A stretch of DNA of 63,936 bases, counting the filler, from Octopus bimaculoides (lineage: Eukaryota): NCBI RefSeq assembly GCF_001194135.2. It is 6 parts of 6 records of this genome, joined end to end, with 100 filler letters (N's around TTAATTAATTAA, not from the genome) between each part and the next. Parts side by side here need not be neighbours in the genome. Positions count along the whole stretch, not along the records: positions 1 to 21,039 come from NC_068991.1; 5 more parts are not named here. One strand, 5' to 3'. Below are positions 1 through 11,789 of this stretch, piece by piece (position 1 is the first letter of the stretch; every line of letters begins with the position of its first letter). The position numbers and the translations under genes are program-made. The notes under the pieces are model-generated. The model was not told the DNA's origin and did no database searches. It was given only the letters and a program-made list of their open reading frames with translations.

Positions 1-227
1 AAAAGACACCATTTCGAGCGTGGCTGTTTTCGTGCGGGTGACACGTAAAAGCACCCACTACACTCTCTGAGTGGTTGGCGTTAGGAAGGGCATCCAGCTG
101 TAGAAACTCTGCCAAATTAGATTGGAGCCTGGTGTTGCCATCCGGTTTCACCAGTCCTCAGTCAAATCGTTCAACCCATGCTAGCATGGAAAGCGGACGT
201 TAAACGATGATGATGATGATGATGATG
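1..227 (+). mobile_element. SINE 3' half ending in (GAT)n (family 4)
   Basis: GGCATCCAGCTGTAGAAAC core and CATGCTAGCATGGAAAGCGGACGTTAAACGATGATGAT tail. A near-identical copy lies at 39219-39408; diverged copies at 13950-14237 (+) and 63770-63885 (-). Confidence 0.8.
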
Positions 228-904
228 TGTATATTTGTGTGTGTTTGTGTTTGGCTCCCCTTACAACTTGACAACCAATGTTGGTTTCTGTACGTCCCTA
301 TAACTTTGCAATTTGGCAGAATAGTCTGCACTAAAGTAAGTACCATGGCCAATTTGTTTGACTGAACTCATTAGAGGCATTGAGACTGAAAGAAGTAATA
401 CACACTCTCTTCCACAGGACACCAAGGCTACTTCTCTAGTGCTGGTGTCACAATAATATGCACTGAAGTGCATTCTTATAAGGTGATTGGTGTCGGGAAG
501 CGCACCCAACCAAAGAAACAATACCAAAAATACAGCATACAGGCAAGCTGTCTTTCTCTGACCCATCCAGTAAGTTAAAATAAAGACAGACTCAGACCGT
601 GACAATCTGTCTCCTTTATTTCAGCATGAAAAGTGGGCACACAATGACAATGCCAACACATACACAAGCAGGTATATCAGAAAAGATTGTGTGTGTGTGT
701 GTGTGTTAGAATTCTTTTTTCATTGCTGACTGGCTTGAACTCTTGATGTCAAGACTTTATGACTAATGTAATTTCCTCATAGATGGTACGGCTGCATGTT
801 AGATGTTATACATGTTTAATAAAACCATATCTATTGCATTGAGTTCTCCACAAGAAGCATGTGATGAAACTATTTCACATTTTTTTTTATATACTATAGT
901 TATT

Positions 905-1286
905 GTTGTTGGCACTCCGTCGCTTACGACGTCGAGGGTTCCAGGTGATCCGATCAGCGGAACAGCCTGCTCGTGAAATTAACGTGCAAGTGGCTGAGCA
1001 CTCCACAGACATGTGTACCCTTAACACAGTTCTCAGGGATATTCAGTGTGACACAGTGTGACAAGGCTGACCCTTTGAATTATAGGCACAACAGAAACAG
1101 GAAGTAAGAGTGAGAGAAAGTTGTGGTGAAAGAGTACAGCAGGGTTTGCCACCATCCCCTGCCGGAGCCTCATGGAGCTTTTAGGTGTTTTCGCTCAAAC
1201 ACTCACAACGCCAGGTCTGGGAATCGAAACCGCGATCCTATGACCGCGAGTCCACTGCCCTAACCACTGGGCCATTGTGCCTCCAC
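905..1286 (-). mobile_element. tRNA-derived SINE (family 1), near complete
   Basis: Minus-strand head with A-box TGGCCCAGTGG and B-box GGTTTCGATTCC. A near-identical copy lies at 17020-17320. Confidence 0.85.
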
Positions 1287-1429
1287 ATAGTATAGTTAAT
1301 GTAGTTGATATTAAACATTATAATCCTCAATTTGAGACACGGAAAAAGAGCCAGGCCTACTGATTGGATGCAAATCATATGGATTCCATTTGCCCTTTTT
1401 AACCTGGGTGGAAGACCAAACGTCCAACC

Positions 1430-1720
1430 AAGCCTTAAACTACCTCACTCCTTTGAGCTCTCAGACTAGGATTCTGGTTTAAAAGGATAAAGAATAAAGC
1501 TCCTTCCCAAGTCATATACTCACAGGGCTGGTTTCCTGGATTCTCTGGCATATATACTGCCCCCAGACAGGATGTCAATCTGTCGCAGGAATACTTGTTT
1601 TCACCAACCGAGTGGACTGGAATAATGTAAAATAAAGTGTTTTGCTCAAGAACACAACACAACACATCATCCAATCCAGAATTGAAACCACAATCTTATC
1701 TAACTGCTAAGCCATTCTGG
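1430..1720 (-). mobile_element. SINE remnant with conserved central domain
   Basis: Minus strand GTTGTGTTCTTGAGCAAAACACTT..CCAGTCCACTC core and a degenerate B-box. Confidence 0.55.
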
Positions 1721-3122
1721 GGATAACTTAATATCTTGTATTATTTCCTATTGCAGCAATCCATGAACCAGTAAGGGAGCCTCTCAGAGTTGTTCACCTT
1801 TCTAGAAACTGCAGCCAAATCTTCCTCAAATCACATCCTTCTTTCCCATTTTTTTTTTTAAAGAATGACTGAGTCCACTGGGTAGTGTAGTCCTAGATAA
1901 ACATGCTGTAGAAGCTTGGCTGGTCATGATTGGAATGCTGTTTGATGACTGGTCTGCTCAATTGGGGCTGATTTGGCCTTAAATGACAGCAATCACCCAT
2001 GTCATATCTACCTCTCTTCACCTCCCCTCTGTCTAAAATCCTTCAATGGCACTTGATGTACAACCAGTAAGCAGGGGGGAAAAATGAACTGACAAGCACA
2101 TATTTTATTTATAAATCAATATGCTTATGTATATTTATATCGTGGTGGGTTCCTATCATTCGACAATAAGGATTCAGGCAGTCGATTAATCAGCCGAATT
2201 ACCTGCTCCTGGTTTAATGCATAAGTGGCTGAATATTCCACAGACACGTATCTTTAATGTCGTTCTTGGACAGAAGCAGCATGACACTGTATGATAAGGC
2301 TTATAAATTGCAGGCCTACCTGACGGCCTTTTATATGTTGATATATAGTAGGATTGAACCTGGGAGACCTTATGGTTGCAAAGCGAACCTCCTAACCAAT
2401 CAGCCATACTGCACCTACATATTTATGTAAAGTGACGATCTATATGAAACAGATGGATGTCTCGTAAATAAGGCAGCATGTTTTATATTAAAAACTCAAT
2501 TAAAACATAAAAAAAAGGAAACGAAAACAAAATCGTTTACATTAAAATTTTAGCTGTTAATTCCTTTATATTATATAAGTTCATTTGTTGTTTTTTTTTT
2601 TCTCAGCTGTATTTTAAGGTTTTCTGTGCTTAACCTTATTTATCAAAATAACACCAAATATCCTTTAAGTAATGGAAAAGGGAAGCCACATTAGATAATG
2701 TAGTCCGATATACACCATTCCGGTAAAGTGAATGTAGAGAATCATGGCTTGAAGGAATTCAGTTTATTACGGATGGGGTGGTGTCAAACACCAATACTAG
2801 ATAGTTACTTTTAGCTACAATATACATGTCACAGGGCCATCAAAGACAAAACCAATACCTTATAAATGAATATAATCTGAGCTGATGACAGCTTATGAAA
2901 TATGTTGGAGGACTGATCCTACATTTATATAGACGGAAACTGTGGAAGCCTAGTACATATTATTTTAATTCTGTGGAAGGTATTTTACATCACTAAAAAC
3001 ATTCTAAAACTTTTAAATAAATGCATGTATGACATCGATTATTCAGAACCTAGTTCCAAATCCGTTCTGGATGACCGATTTTTTTCTTGAAGCAGGGGTG
3101 GTCACTTTAGTCAACACAGTCT

Positions 3123-3341
3123 TTAACCCTTTAGTATTTAAACCAGCCATGTCAGGTCTTAATATTTTACCTGTTTCATGTACAAAGTGGCAAGATCAGT
3201 CTTCTCAAACCTACCCTACAATGTTTAGAATATGCAGTCACATCATCAAAATTTCAAAGCTACAAGATAATGTATGATTAATTCAAAATGATTTGAATAA
3301 ATAAGCATTACATTTGGCAGTAATCTGAATGTTAGAGTTAA
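3123..3341. mobile_element. TTAA-flanked (piggyBac-type) MITE
   Basis: TTAA-CCCTTTAGTATT ... GAATGTTAGAG-TTAA: degenerate TIRs with TTAA at both ends. Confidence 0.6.
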
Positions 3342-3899
3342 ATGAAATATAGGTGCCTGTATATTAGTATAAATAATACAAATTTATGAATCTTATTGGG
3401 CTACACAGGTTGATTGATTGGGCCAAGAAGTACATGTTGGAAGGACTTTGAGGCTGATCCGTCAGCTCAATGGAACAAATGTTGTGAATGGTTGGTTTTT
3501 AAAGTGTACTAGCTAATCAGAGATCGTTTTTCAGTAGATGTATGTCAATAAAAAACAAATTTTGGTAATTTTGGCTACACATGCCAAAGCACCGTGTGTC
3601 TCAAAAGGGCAGCTAACCTCTATGCTTATACAAGAGTTTTCTTTTCAATCCCAAATAACTATATCAGGCCTGTTTGCACTTGGTAGAAGATTAATGAGAA
3701 TGTTTCTCTAATATTGTGTTTACATATGTGTGTGTATACATATACAAATAATATATGGGATGGGTATGTTCGTGTGTGAAGATTATTATACATGTGGTGT
3801 ATATGTCTATATAGACAAAGATGTGTGTGTGGTGTATATGTCTATATTGACAAAAATGTGTGTGTGTATATGTATGTATAGATAGATATTAATCACGGC

Positions 3900-4200
3900 C
3901 GAAGATTCCTGACAGTCTCTACAATTGTGGTTCTGTCGGTTTACTTTTCAGTTGCTAATATAAACAGGGGGCAGAACTCTTCCTGTAAACCTGTAGTTTT
4001 TTGCATACTAGATCTTGTGTTCCTGTCCATTGTCAAAACAGATTATCGTGTCCTCCTGCCAATACTCTAGTTTGCCGTTGTCTGCCAGGTTTAACTACTG
4101 TATGCCCACAAGGAATATACAGGTTTATGAAGGTTGACTCTTTCCTCATATCCCTGTCAGGGGTGGCTATACGGGCACTATGCTTTGCCGAAGGCATAGT
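3900..4200 (-). mobile_element. possible CR1/L2-type LINE 3' remnant
   Basis: QGYEERV..L..YSL and FTGRV resemble CR1 YEERL / FSQRV. Weak match. Confidence 0.3.
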
Positions 4201-4221
4201 GTGCAGGGCGCGGTTGTCACT

Positions 4222-4600
4222 CAGTGCGTAACTGGTACTTATTTAATCGACCCCGAAAGGATGAAAGGCAAAGTCGACCTCGGCGGAATTTGAACTCAGA
4301 ACTTCGCGGCAGACGAAATACCTATTTCGTTATTGCCCACAAGGGGCTAAACATAGAGGGAACAAACAAGAACAGACGAACGGATTAAGTCGATTACATC
4401 GACCCCAGTGCGTAACTGGTACTTAATTTATCGACCCCGAAAGGATGAAAGGCAAAGTCGACCTCGGCGGAATTTGTACTCAGAACGTAACGGCAGACGA
4501 AATACCGCTAAGCATTTCGCCCGGCGTGCTAACGATTCTGCCAGCTCATACCGCTAAGCATTTTGTCCAGGCTGCTAACGTTTCTGCCATCTCGCCGCCT
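4222..4600 (-). mobile_element. tRNA-derived SINE (family 2), tandem dimer
   Basis: Two GAGTTCAAATTCCGCCGAGGTCGAC modules (minus strand). The same layout occurs at 25525-25910, and monomers or partials at 7000-7330, 18095-18280, 19160-19372, 21915-22186 and 34290-35600. Confidence 0.85.
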
Positions 4601-4699
4601 TCAATAATTATAAATAATAAAAGAACTTATTTTGGACCAATGAAGGCAGCTCCCAATGATAAATTGCAACAACAATAAAAAGAATATGCAAAATCGGAA

Positions 4700-5140
4700 C
4701 AGGAGTGGTTAAGAAGCTTGCCTTACAACTGTGCGGTTTCGAGTTTAGCTCCACTGCGCGTTACGTTGGAAAAGCAGCTTCTGCTTTAGTCTTGGGCTGA
4801 TCAATGCTTTGTAAGTGAATTTGGTAGAGGGGAAAGCGTGTGAATGTCCGTTGTGTATGTGTGTGTGTGTGTATGTGAGTGCCCGCGTCCGTGCTTGTTT
4901 GTTTTTTTACGTTAATGCTACAGAAATATTTTTTCTAATTTTGGCTCAGCTTTTACGAATGCTGATTTGTTTACGTTTTCGTAACTTGGCGGTTCGGCAA
5001 AAGAGATCAATAGAATAAAGAAAGTATCAGGCTTTAAGAAGATGTACAAGGAGTCGATTTGTTCGACTAAAGCCTTCGAGGTGTGCCCCAGCATGGTCGC
5101 AGTCCAATGACTGAAACAAGTAAAAAATAACAGAAAAATT
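4700..5140 (+). mobile_element. composite SINE (family 3 head + (GT)n + tail)
   Basis: Head GTGGTTAAGAAGCTTGC..GGTTTCGAGT, microsatellite middle, tail ACTTGGCGGTTCGGCAAAAGAG..CAGCATGGTCGCAGTC. The same architecture occurs at 36010-36500. Confidence 0.65.
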
Positions 5141-5549
5141 ATCGATATTACTGTGTTAAATGAGAACAAATGCAGCAGCCTTTGTAATTACGAAGTTTGT
5201 ACTACCTGAGATCTATTGATTATAGAATATCAAAGTACAAACTACAACGAAAACAAATATACAGAAAGAAATAGAAAATAAGGCATTAATGAAATCAATA
5301 ACAAAAAAGATAAAACAAGAAAAATAAAACTATCAAAAGAAAGGGAATAGGAAACAAATGCTACAGAAATATTTTTTCTAATTTTGGCTCAGCAGTTTTG
5401 TAGGGAGAGGGCATGTTGTTTACATCGACCCACGTACTCGACTGGTACTTATTTTATTTGCCCTTCATAAATAGCAAAAGACAACCCAAGTCAATGAAAT
5501 GTTTTCTAACAAGCCCAAGTACACTTGTCAACAACACGAAACCGACAGT

Positions 5550-6420
5550 AAAAAAATGTGGAGACCAAACTGGGTTTGTACTGACAGAGGGGATTACTGG
5601 AAGCATGCAAATGCTTTTGTACACCATTATGTCAAACGCGGTTACAGTGAATCACGATTAAAGGAAATAGCAAATGAGATAGCTAAGATTAGCAAAGAAA
5701 GTCAAAGCTACATGCATAATTTTAGCAAACACAATACAATATGTGACATAATCCCTTTAGTGATTAACTGGCACCGAAATTTCGCTGGTATTTCAAAAGT
5801 GTTGCATGAAAGTTAACAGCATGTTGCGGAAAGTATCCTCGTTTCAAACAGATATTTCCTCAACCGCCTATTGTAGCCCTTAGACAGAATAAAACTATAA
5901 GAGATCTATTGACCACTATTTCTGACTCCAAGAAAACTAACATTGGAGTATCTTCACGCTGTACCTTGAAAAACAACCGCAAGAAAGGTAAGTCCTGTTC
6001 ATTGTGCAACAACATGAGTGAGGTGAATTCCATCAGGAATCATAACAGAAATGTTATGATTTATACAGAAGGTGAGACATGTAGAAATTCTCATTTAGTG
6101 TATGCGGCAGAATGCACGAAACAACTTGGTTTATGTTGGTTATACAACAGAACAATTAAACAAAAGGTTTAATGGGCACAGATTCGACGTCAGGCACAAT
6201 AACAGTAGTTCGACAGAACTTGCCGAACATTTTGTTTCAAACGGCTGCAATTTTGAAAAAGACTTGAAAGTGCACATTCTCAGAAAATATTCTGAATCTG
6301 CTACACTTTCAATACTCAAAATGTATGAGGAGAAATAGGTTTGCGGGTTATTAACATCACGCTCTGGCGGAATGGATAAAATGACAGAATATCATCAAAT
6401 TTATGCAGAAATGTTTGATT
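5550..6420 (+). mobile_element. Penelope-like element remnant (thumb/linker + GIY-YIG endonuclease)
   Basis: Disrupted frames read HYVKRGYSESRL, IPLVINWH, CSLC, LVYAAEC, YVGYTTEQLNKRFNGHRFD and LAEHF. This is the characteristic PLE C-terminus. Confidence 0.85.
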
Positions 6421-7496
6421 AAATTTTCTTTTTCTTTTTCATTTTTCTTTCCTTTTCTTTTCGCTAGTTATAAAATTGAAGCTTAAAAACTGATGATGTC
6501 ATTCCATCAACGTGTGGAAGCTGGTTGCTCTCGTTCATATTTTAGATCTCAATTTCTATAATTTTGAATTTTTATCACTTTTTATTTTGAACTCGACAAA
6601 GACAAGCTTGCTGTCGAAATATTGTTCAACCAATAAGATATCTATTGCAATTGCATCGCGCTCTTCGTCTTGTTTGCTTACCTTTGTAAAGAGTTACGTC
6701 AATCTTTTTAAAATATGATAATAATAATAACAACAACAACGACAATAATAATAATAATTATTATTATTATTATTATTATAATGTTTATTGATTTAGGTAA
6801 AAGGCTAACAATTTTTAGGAGCGAAGATCAATTTATATCAGTGTTTGACGAGTACTTTATTTTCTCGACTCCGGAGGAATAAAAGGTTCATCTCTGTAAA
6901 GAACTTAGAACGTAAATAACCAAACAACATGGCATTTTGTCTGACGTTTTAACGATTCAGCCAAGCAATGGCAATTTTAACACAAGGCTAGCAATTCAGG
7001 AGAGGGATTAGCCAAGTACATCGACCCCTGTTCTTAACTTGGGCATCCTTTTATCGACTGTGGAGAGATGAACGAGTAAAGATGACTCCACAGAGATTTG
7101 AACCTAGAATATAAAAAGTTGGAAGAAAAACGATGAGGTATTTCCCCCATAACGAGGTATTTTTCCCATACTCAAATGATTTCGCTAGCTCGCCGCTACT
7201 TAAGGCCACAAATTTAGGGGTACATTATTTTATCGACTCGAGGGTATACACGTTGAAGTAGACCTAGGCGAGATTTGGACTCAAAACGTAAAGCATTTTG
7301 TCCGATACACAACTGATTCTGCCAGTTGTTGATGATGATGATGATGATAACAATCATGGTGACAGCGATATACTTTGGCAGAGACATTTCTCGACAGCGA
7401 CGGTGAATAAAGAAGCAGCGCTCAAATCATTGTTCAGTTGGTGTGTTGGTGAGTTGGTGATGATCTTTGTCGAGCCCAGAATGTTAAAAGCCGTTA

Positions 7497-7703
7497 CTAT
7501 TGTAATACCATGACGATTCCTGCTTGACAGAACAGCAACAGTCTAAGTGGCGAAGGAAATAATGCAATAACGGACGTCATTGTCATACAGGAACGGTAGA
7601 GCCCTCTGTTGTTGATCGGCTGAAGTGGTCGGAAGTTGTTTCCCAATAATATTCTCGGTCCTCCCGCGCCGTGCTCAGACAACAGAGAGCGAAATATTTC
7701 AAG
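7497..7703 (-). CDS. alpha-carbonic anhydrase-related protein, terminal exon F (phase 0-stop)
   Basis: Acceptor tataattacag. 207 nt encoding LEIFRSLLSEHGAGGPRILLGNNFRPLQPINNRGLYRSCMTMTSVIALFPSPLRLLLFCQAGIVMVLQ*, with the CA C-terminal motif N-x-RP-x-QP-x-N-x-R followed by a hydrophobic tail. Confidence 0.93.
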   Translation of the reverse strand, partial: LEIFRSLLSEHGAGGPRILLGNNFRPLQPINNRGLYRSCMTMTSVIALFPSPLRLLLFCQAGIVMVLQ

Positions 7704-7789
7704 CTGTAATTATATGTAGTGTGCGTGCGTGCGTGTGTGTGTGTGTGTGTGTGTGAATATGAGAAGAGAAAGAAGGAAAAGAGATTAAA

Positions 7790-8320
7790 AATCCAGGCAG
7801 ATATCAATAAAGCACCCAGCTTTAAACAAATTTGGTTAACTATATCCAACAATCAGAGACCAGTAAATGCAAGTAGAATACACATCCAAGGTAATTCCTC
7901 ATGTATGACAAGTCGATCCAAATACCATTTCGAAGAATTTCGAGAAATTCAGAGTATTAGACAATGAAAATACGTTTAGAGAAAATCACATTTTTTCAAA
8001 GCCGACAATTGTGTTATTATCTAGGTTCATGTGCCATAATTTGGAAATATAAATTTCATAACCATTCTCATTCATTTAAGTATAGAAGAAAAGGTAATTC
8101 TACAAATTTTAGTAAATGCATTTGGGATTTAAAAGACAGAAATATTAAGTATGATTTAAAGCGGTCCATTATTAGTTACGCACCATCGTACAATATTGGT
8201 AATTCTACATGTGAACTTTGCCTTAAAGAAATATATTAATTGTATTAAATTTTAATGAAAATTTGACAAATGAAATGTTGCCACAAATTTTAGAAGACAT
8301 TTAAATGTTTCATTTCTTAA
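7790..8320 (+). mobile_element. Penelope-like GIY-YIG remnant in the last intron of the CA-related gene (antisense)
   Basis: YYLGS..KYKFHNHSHSFKYRRKGNSTNFSKCIWDLKDRNIKYDLKRSII..YN..CELCLKE matches the PLE endonuclease tail. Confidence 0.8.
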
Positions 8321-8799
8321 TTATAACTGATTTTCATATGTTATATAATAATTTTCATAAAAAAAGTTTACTATATTTAATAAAGAGATAACTAATTGTC
8401 GTGACATAAAATCTGTTTCTATTTATCGTAACGTAGAATTCCTATGTTTAATTTTTTAATTCTTTCGTTATCAACTAACGTCACCAGTTGTTGAATTCAA
8501 AAATAGCTTTTCTTAAGATTATATTTCTACTTCGCGTTCTTTTTGTGTGCGTTCGTGTACTAGAACTATTTCCTTAGTTCACTTTGAATTTAATTAAATT
8601 TGGATCACCTTGAAAACGTTGGGTTAACATGTATTTTCGGAAATATCAATTTCAATGATATTTTCGATATCTAGATATGTTAATACAACAGAAACAATTG
8701 TCGACTTTGTAAGATGAATTCTACAATTAAAGATGATTTTGTGTGTGTGTGCTGCAAGGTCAATATGCCAACCGCTTATTTTTGTATCTCTTACCATAC

Positions 8800-8957
8800 C
8801 TGTCCAGTGGAAATATGAACTGTTTCCCAAAGTATTATCCAGGTAACTCCTTCTCTGCAAGGTGGGAATGTGACACTGCCCCGATAGGTAATAAAACAAG
8901 ACCGGTTCCTCGGAAGAAAAGCTTCTAGATTCCAATTTTTCACACGATACTGATTAT
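8800..8957 (-). CDS. alpha-carbonic anhydrase-related protein, exon E (phase 1-0)
   Basis: Acceptor atcttctttacag and donor CAG|gtatgg. 158 nt encoding (D)NQYRVKNWNLEAFLPRNRSCFITYRGSVTFPPCREGVTWIILWETVHISTGQ, matching the CA motif Y-x-GSLTTPPC-x-E-x-V-x-W. Confidence 0.95.
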
Positions 8958-9161
8958 CTGTAAAGAAGATATATATAAGTTTATATAAATAAGGATAAGA
9001 TCGTTATATATTTATATATTTACTTCCGTCATTATATTCACTGCGGAGGTATTTTGACCATATCACACGAGGAGTTTAGGCGGGTAATTTAGACTGGTCG
9101 TGTGCATACGTGCATATATATATGTGTGTGTAAACGTGCGTATATGTAAGTATTCGTATGT

Positions 9162-9196
<35 letters not shown>

Positions 9197-9217
9197 ATTT
9201 ATGTACTATTTGTGTGT

Positions 9218-9275
9218 ATTCCACTGATGAGGCAAAACATTTCTTATGCAAACCCAGAAATCCGGGATCTGGAAT
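9218..9275 (+). ncRNA. type I hammerhead ribozyme motif (Penelope/retrozyme type)
   Basis: attcca(9218-23)-CTGATGA(9224-30)-stem II region-GAAA(9257-60)-tccggga-TC(9268-69)-tggaat(9270-75). Stem I is a perfect 6 bp. There is one unpaired A at the base of stem II. Confidence 0.6.
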
Positions 9276-10222
9276 TATCCAATAATTTTTTGCTAGTTTG
9301 TTTTGTCTCTTTGTCTTCTCTCCTAATGCTATATGAACATTTTATGTGGTTTTAAAGTCAAGTTTTGGCTGCTATATCTAGCATGGTGGTATCTTTTAGA
9401 TACCCTTAATTATAATTTTGATGTCATATATANNNNNNNNNNNNNNNNNNNNNNNNNNNNNNNNNNNNNNNNNNNNNNNNNNNNNNNNNNNNNNNNNNNN
9501 NNNNNNNNNNNNNNNNNNNNNNNNNNNNNNNNNNNNNNNNNNNNNNNNNNNNNNNNNNNNNNNNNNNNNNNNNNNNNNNNNNNNNNNNNNNNNNNNNNNN
9601 NNNNNNNNNNNNNNNNNNNNNNNNNNNNNNNNNNNNNNNNNNNNNNNNNNNNNNNNNNNNNNNNNNNNNNNNNNNNNNNNNNNNNNNNNNNNNNNNNNNN
9701 NNNNNNNNNNNNNNNNNNNNNNNNNNNNNNNNNNNNNNNNNNNNNNNNNNNNNNNNNNNNNNNNNNNNNNNNNNNNNNNNNNNNNNNNNNNNNNNNNNNN
9801 NNNNNNNNNNNNNNNNNNNNNNNNNNNNNNNNNNNNNNNNNNNNNNNNNNNNNNNNNNNNNNNNNNNNNNNNNNNNNNNNNNNNNNNNNNNNNNNNNNNN
9901 NNNNNNNNNNNNNNNNNNNNNNNNNNNNNNNNNNNNNNNNNNNNNNNNNNNNNNNNNNNNNNNNNNNNNNNNNNNNNNNNNNNNCCTCAGTCGAGTTCCA
10001 GATCATCTTTGCAATTTCAGCTGGTTATACTCGAGATTGCTCCAATCTGGCCAGCCCCAAGGAAAAAATAAGCTAAGTGCATTAGATTCCTTGGAAGAAA
10101 GCAGCGAATGTATATGAAAACAAGGACGGAAAAAAACGGAGAATGTTACACAAATACAAATAACAGGACATAACAACAGGTGTCTTTCGACCAAGGACGA
10201 ATTAAATTAAGCTGGTGTTGTC

Positions 10223-10261
<39 letters not shown>

Positions 10262-10934
10262 ATTTAAATAAGAGCCATAACGCAATCCATAATAAAACTT
10301 GTTTAATAACCTATGCACATTGCAATGCAAGATCCCGGCTCATTCTGAGATAAGAATATGGAGTTTTGCATCTCTTCAGGGTCAAGTTACATCAATTCAC
10401 AGCAGACAGCAAACAGCAGACAACATTAATTGTTGTACTTAAATTACATGTGTATAAAAGAGTTATAATCAGGTTGTAACGACATGAACATATTGAAACT
10501 GCTTACAATATCGGTTAAGAAAACCGTTATATAGTAAAGTAACTAAGTAGAGTAGTTAACCTAGGATGTTAAGTAGCGACAAGCAATCGACGCTGTAAAT
10601 TCAATAAAAACCGTTGGACTTTTGAAAGTAAATAAAACGAAGAAAGAAAATTATCTGTTATATATCTTAATAAAAAATGTAAATTGAAGGTCAAAGAGAG
10701 GTAAATCTAGTAAATAATATTTTTGATTTATATAATTCACTCAATTGTGAATAATCATATCAAATAATTATATTTATTTTTAAGTTTAGAATAGTTATGA
10801 GACTTGTTTTAAGGTTATGTAAACAAGATAAATTAGAAAATATGAATTATAAATAATAAAATAAAATAAATAAGGTTACAAGTCAAGTAATTTATTCACT
10901 AGTTAATACCAAGTTCATCCATCCACCCATTATT

Positions 10935-11270
10935 TCTAGAAGGATCGTTGGGGTAGAGTGGTGAAGTATCTTCTCCATAAGGTCCTATCAGAAGCAACCT
11001 TCATTAGACTTTCCGGATGAATTCCCAAGCTTGACCATCTCGTTCGTGGTGGTCTGCTCATCAGTCCCCTGCCGGTTGGTTTAGCTTGAAAAACCCGTCT
11101 TTCGATTCTTTGCTGCAGCATTCTAATCAGATGTGCGTAGTATTAGAGCCTTGACCTCTCAGTGCAGTGAAGTAGCGGTTTGACCTAGAGAGACTCTCTG
11201 ACCTCCAAGCTTCGAACACTGTCAAGTAATGTTACTCCAGAGACTCTTTGGAGGAACCCCGTTTGAGATG
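10935..11270 (-). mobile_element. RTE-clade LINE 3' remnant
   Basis: RRVFQAKPTGRG..RPPRTRW..LG..VASDRTLWR resembles the RTE ORF C-terminus. Confidence 0.7.
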
Positions 11271-11476
11271 CTTGTATTCGTTATGAAAAATAAATTTCTC
11301 TAAAAATCTTCGTAGTTGCTATAGCGGAGGTAAGAGAAAGCTGACCCTTTATTCCTGAAGCGGCAAGGAACCGTGTTTTCTTCTCGCAGAAGAAAACCAC
11401 TCTAAAACTCGCTATCTGTTTTTTAGTGTAGCCCACTATAGTTACTCGGAGTAGATACTTAAAAATTACGATATAC

Positions 11477-11543
11477 CTTTAAAATTTATCATTCTCAAGT
11501 TATTGATTATTTCATGAAATGCACTATTTTCAATGACGCCAGT
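11477..11543 (-). CDS. alpha-carbonic anhydrase-related protein, exon D (phase 0-1)
   Basis: Long polypyrimidine acceptor ...ttttttttctaattttcag and donor AAG|gtatat. 67 nt encoding TGVIENSAFHEIINNLRMINFK(D). The phases bridge exons C and E exactly. Confidence 0.85.
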
Positions 11544-11789
11544 CTGAAAATTAGAAAAAAAAAATGAAAAGAAAAGTTTAAAAGAAACAACTAAAAGTAC
11601 AATGAAAAGTATAAAACTGATATGAAGTAAAGTTTTATTGTATTTGGATCTTGTGGCAAAAGTGACTAAAAGAGAATACTACAAGTAGCTTTTATTATGA
11701 TGTTGACCCAGGGCAATCCGTTCGGCCTTTTGTCCAACCATCCATTCAACTATCCATCCGTCCATCCATCCATCTATCCACCCATGCAC

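Noticed and set aside
261-605. 114-aa minus ORF with a hydrophobic stretch
   Set aside because: Its 3' third lies in a SINE remnant, no family motif was recognised and there is no splice support.
1205-1286. tRNA genes at A/B-box sequences
   Set aside because: They continue into SINE bodies present in multiple copies, and no complete cloverleaf was seen.
2875-2930. CTGATGA...GAAA hammerhead-like core
   Set aside because: Stems I and III cannot be formed.
8624-8935. Track ORF (103 aa) read at first as a LINE endonuclease
   Set aside because: It is an alternative frame over CA exon E, which has clear motifs and splice sites.
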